Origin: Vitrella brassicaformis CCMP3155
Lineage: Eukaryota > Protista > Chromerida
Length of the DNA stretch: 64,000 bases
Direction of reading: 5' to 3'
Assembly: GCA_001179505.1 (NCBI GenBank)
Contig: CDMY01000553.1
Span: forward strand, 124,001-188,000
The notes beneath the pieces are model-generated. The model saw only the letters and a list, made by a program, of their open reading frames with translations, had not been told where the DNA came from and made no database searches. The translations under genes and the position numbers were made by a program. Positions 62,512-64,000 of this stretch are shown here, one piece after another. Position 1 is the stretch's first letter. Each line of letters begins with the position of its first letter.

Positions 62512-64000
62512 ATGAAGACGTTATTGCCGGGCACACTCATCGGCTTCCTTCTTGTTTTCTCCGCCCTTCAAAGCCGAAGAATCTCCCCATCAGCTGTTGC
62601 GGCTGCAGATGAGCACCAGGCGCTTCATGCTGCGGCCGACTCCCGTCCACGATCATCGCCCGACAGCTCTTCGCATCTCCCACCTGACGGTGCACCATCC
62701 CGGCAGGCAGCTCCACCCGGGCCGCATAGATCGGACCAGAGCAAAAGCTGGTGGTCGCTTGTGAGGGCGCTGCTCGGCATGATGGGCAAGAGGACACACC
62801 AGAGCGACGTCAGCGATGCATCGGACCATGAAGGCGATCCCGATGGCACGGCTGAGAGCGGCGTGAGTGACGAGAATGGTTCGGAGGACTTGCCAATCTC
62901 GCCGAAGCCTGGTTTCTGGGCATCGTTTGAGCGGCCTGCGACTCCCGTCGGCTCCCTCCCGCCACCCCTTTCGTCCCCCTCTGCGTCGCCACCTGCTGCC
63001 GCAGCATCAACCAAGGCCCCAAGTGACCATGATGTTGCTGCAGCGAAAAGTCCCTGTCCCTCAAGGAATCCGTTTGCGAGGACAGCAGATGGCAAGTCAC
63101 GTTTGGCACTGGTTGCGTCGCCACAAGATGCCAGCCAGGGACGAGCAGATCTGGATGAGCACGATGGCGATGATGTGGCGGAGTGGGGGAGGAGCAGAAA
63201 ACAGGTGAGGGAGCTCACCAAGCCATTGATGTAGACACGCCTGTGTGCCTACCAGGCCAGAAACACAAGTGGATATGTCGAATCCTGTGTGGTTGTGTTG
63301 TGCGTTCCTCAGGGTTTTCGCCTCACAGCGGCCCACTCCCGTCCCCCTTACCCATCCTCACCCAACCCCTATTTTGCAACCGCTTCAGCCCCCTCACGCA
63401 AGCCCGCCGACCGCCCTGTTGCCTACACCACCATTCCGCCTCTTATCGAGCCGCCAAATCAGCCGGCAGCAAGACCAGCCAAGTGGACGCCTCATGGCAA
63501 GACAGACAAGGCGGCTCTGATCCGGAGGGAGCCGCGATTAACGTTTCGCGGTTTCTGTCACGGCTTGGTGATGGAGGCGGTCAGGCTCTGTCGAGGCAGC
63601 AGAGAAAAAATGGGGCCGCCGGCGCCGGTTGCAGAGAAGACCCTGCGTGGCAAGCAGGTCGATGACGGCCAAGCGGAGGTAGAAAGCGGTTTCCTCTCGC
63701 CAACGCCATCCGCTCCCCGCCCTGCCAGCGGGGGACAGCCGCCACCGCCCACATGCAGCTCTCTCGAGTGGCTGAAGGTCGCCTCCACGCCACAGTGCGT
63801 CGACGCTGATCGAGAGGCAGAGGAGAGGCGAGCTGAGGCTGAGGAGCCGGCCTGTCCCGTTGAGACAGCATGGGCAGTCAACATGGGTCTCTGGCAGACG
63901 AGCAAGGACGGCCTGTGGGTCGGCCACGGCTGTCCAGCACACAGGCCAAGACACCCGCCGCCCCCTGTCCCACCCCCCTACAACGCCACCTACTGGAGCA
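62512..64000 (+). CDS. Hypothetical protein with an N-terminal signal peptide and low-complexity Ser/Pro-rich sequence; 3'-partial
   Basis: MKTLLPGTLIGFLLVFSALQS start; phase-0 intron at about 63203-63311; second exon (GFRLTAAHS..YNATYWS) stays open to the window end. Confidence 0.65.

Noticed and set aside
1-64000. Numerous 60-150 aa ORFs rich in CV, HT, DRQT or SIHP repeats
   Set aside because: These are translations of intronic (GT)n, (CA)n, (GACA)n and (CATC)n microsatellites.
1-64000. tRNA, rRNA, spliced-leader or transposase genes
   Set aside because: No cloverleaf, rRNA signature, dinoflagellate-type spliced leader or transposase/RT motif was recognised by eye; a tRNAscan/Infernal/RepeatMasker run would be needed to exclude them.

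Overview
Eukaryotic, intron-rich genomic DNA with GC-rich exons and short introns full of (GT)n, (CA)n, (GACA)n and (GGAT)n microsatellites. There are two 300-N assembly gaps. The gene content (alveolate-type ferlin, OHA/OST-HTH protein, a Rieske oxygenase with a signal-plus-transit presequence) best fits a chromerid alga such as Vitrella brassicaformis; this is an inference. About 18 protein-coding genes are recognisable by manually joining exons: EPG5 (5'-partial), a lineage-specific protein, CLP1, a UBE2Z-like gene with a degenerate-looking core, a CUE-PUB-CAP fusion, an intronless ZP-module membrane protein, an FkbM-type methyltransferase, a PAO/PTC52-family oxygenase, a GABA-B-like Venus-flytrap/Cys-repeat/multipass receptor, PCNA with a large insertion, ferlin, CstF-64, an NHL-repeat protein, an OST-HTH protein and several hypothetical or secreted proteins. 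The strongest novelty candidates are (1) an apparently complete zona pellucida module in a non-animal, (2) a GABA-B-type ligand-binding domain fused to a CRMP-like Cys-repeat and membrane region, (3) the CUE-PUB-CAP fusion and (4) an atypical PCNA. Domain calls come from motif recognition by eye, with no database searches, and exon boundaries are approximate. No rRNA, tRNA, CRISPR array or transposase was recognised.
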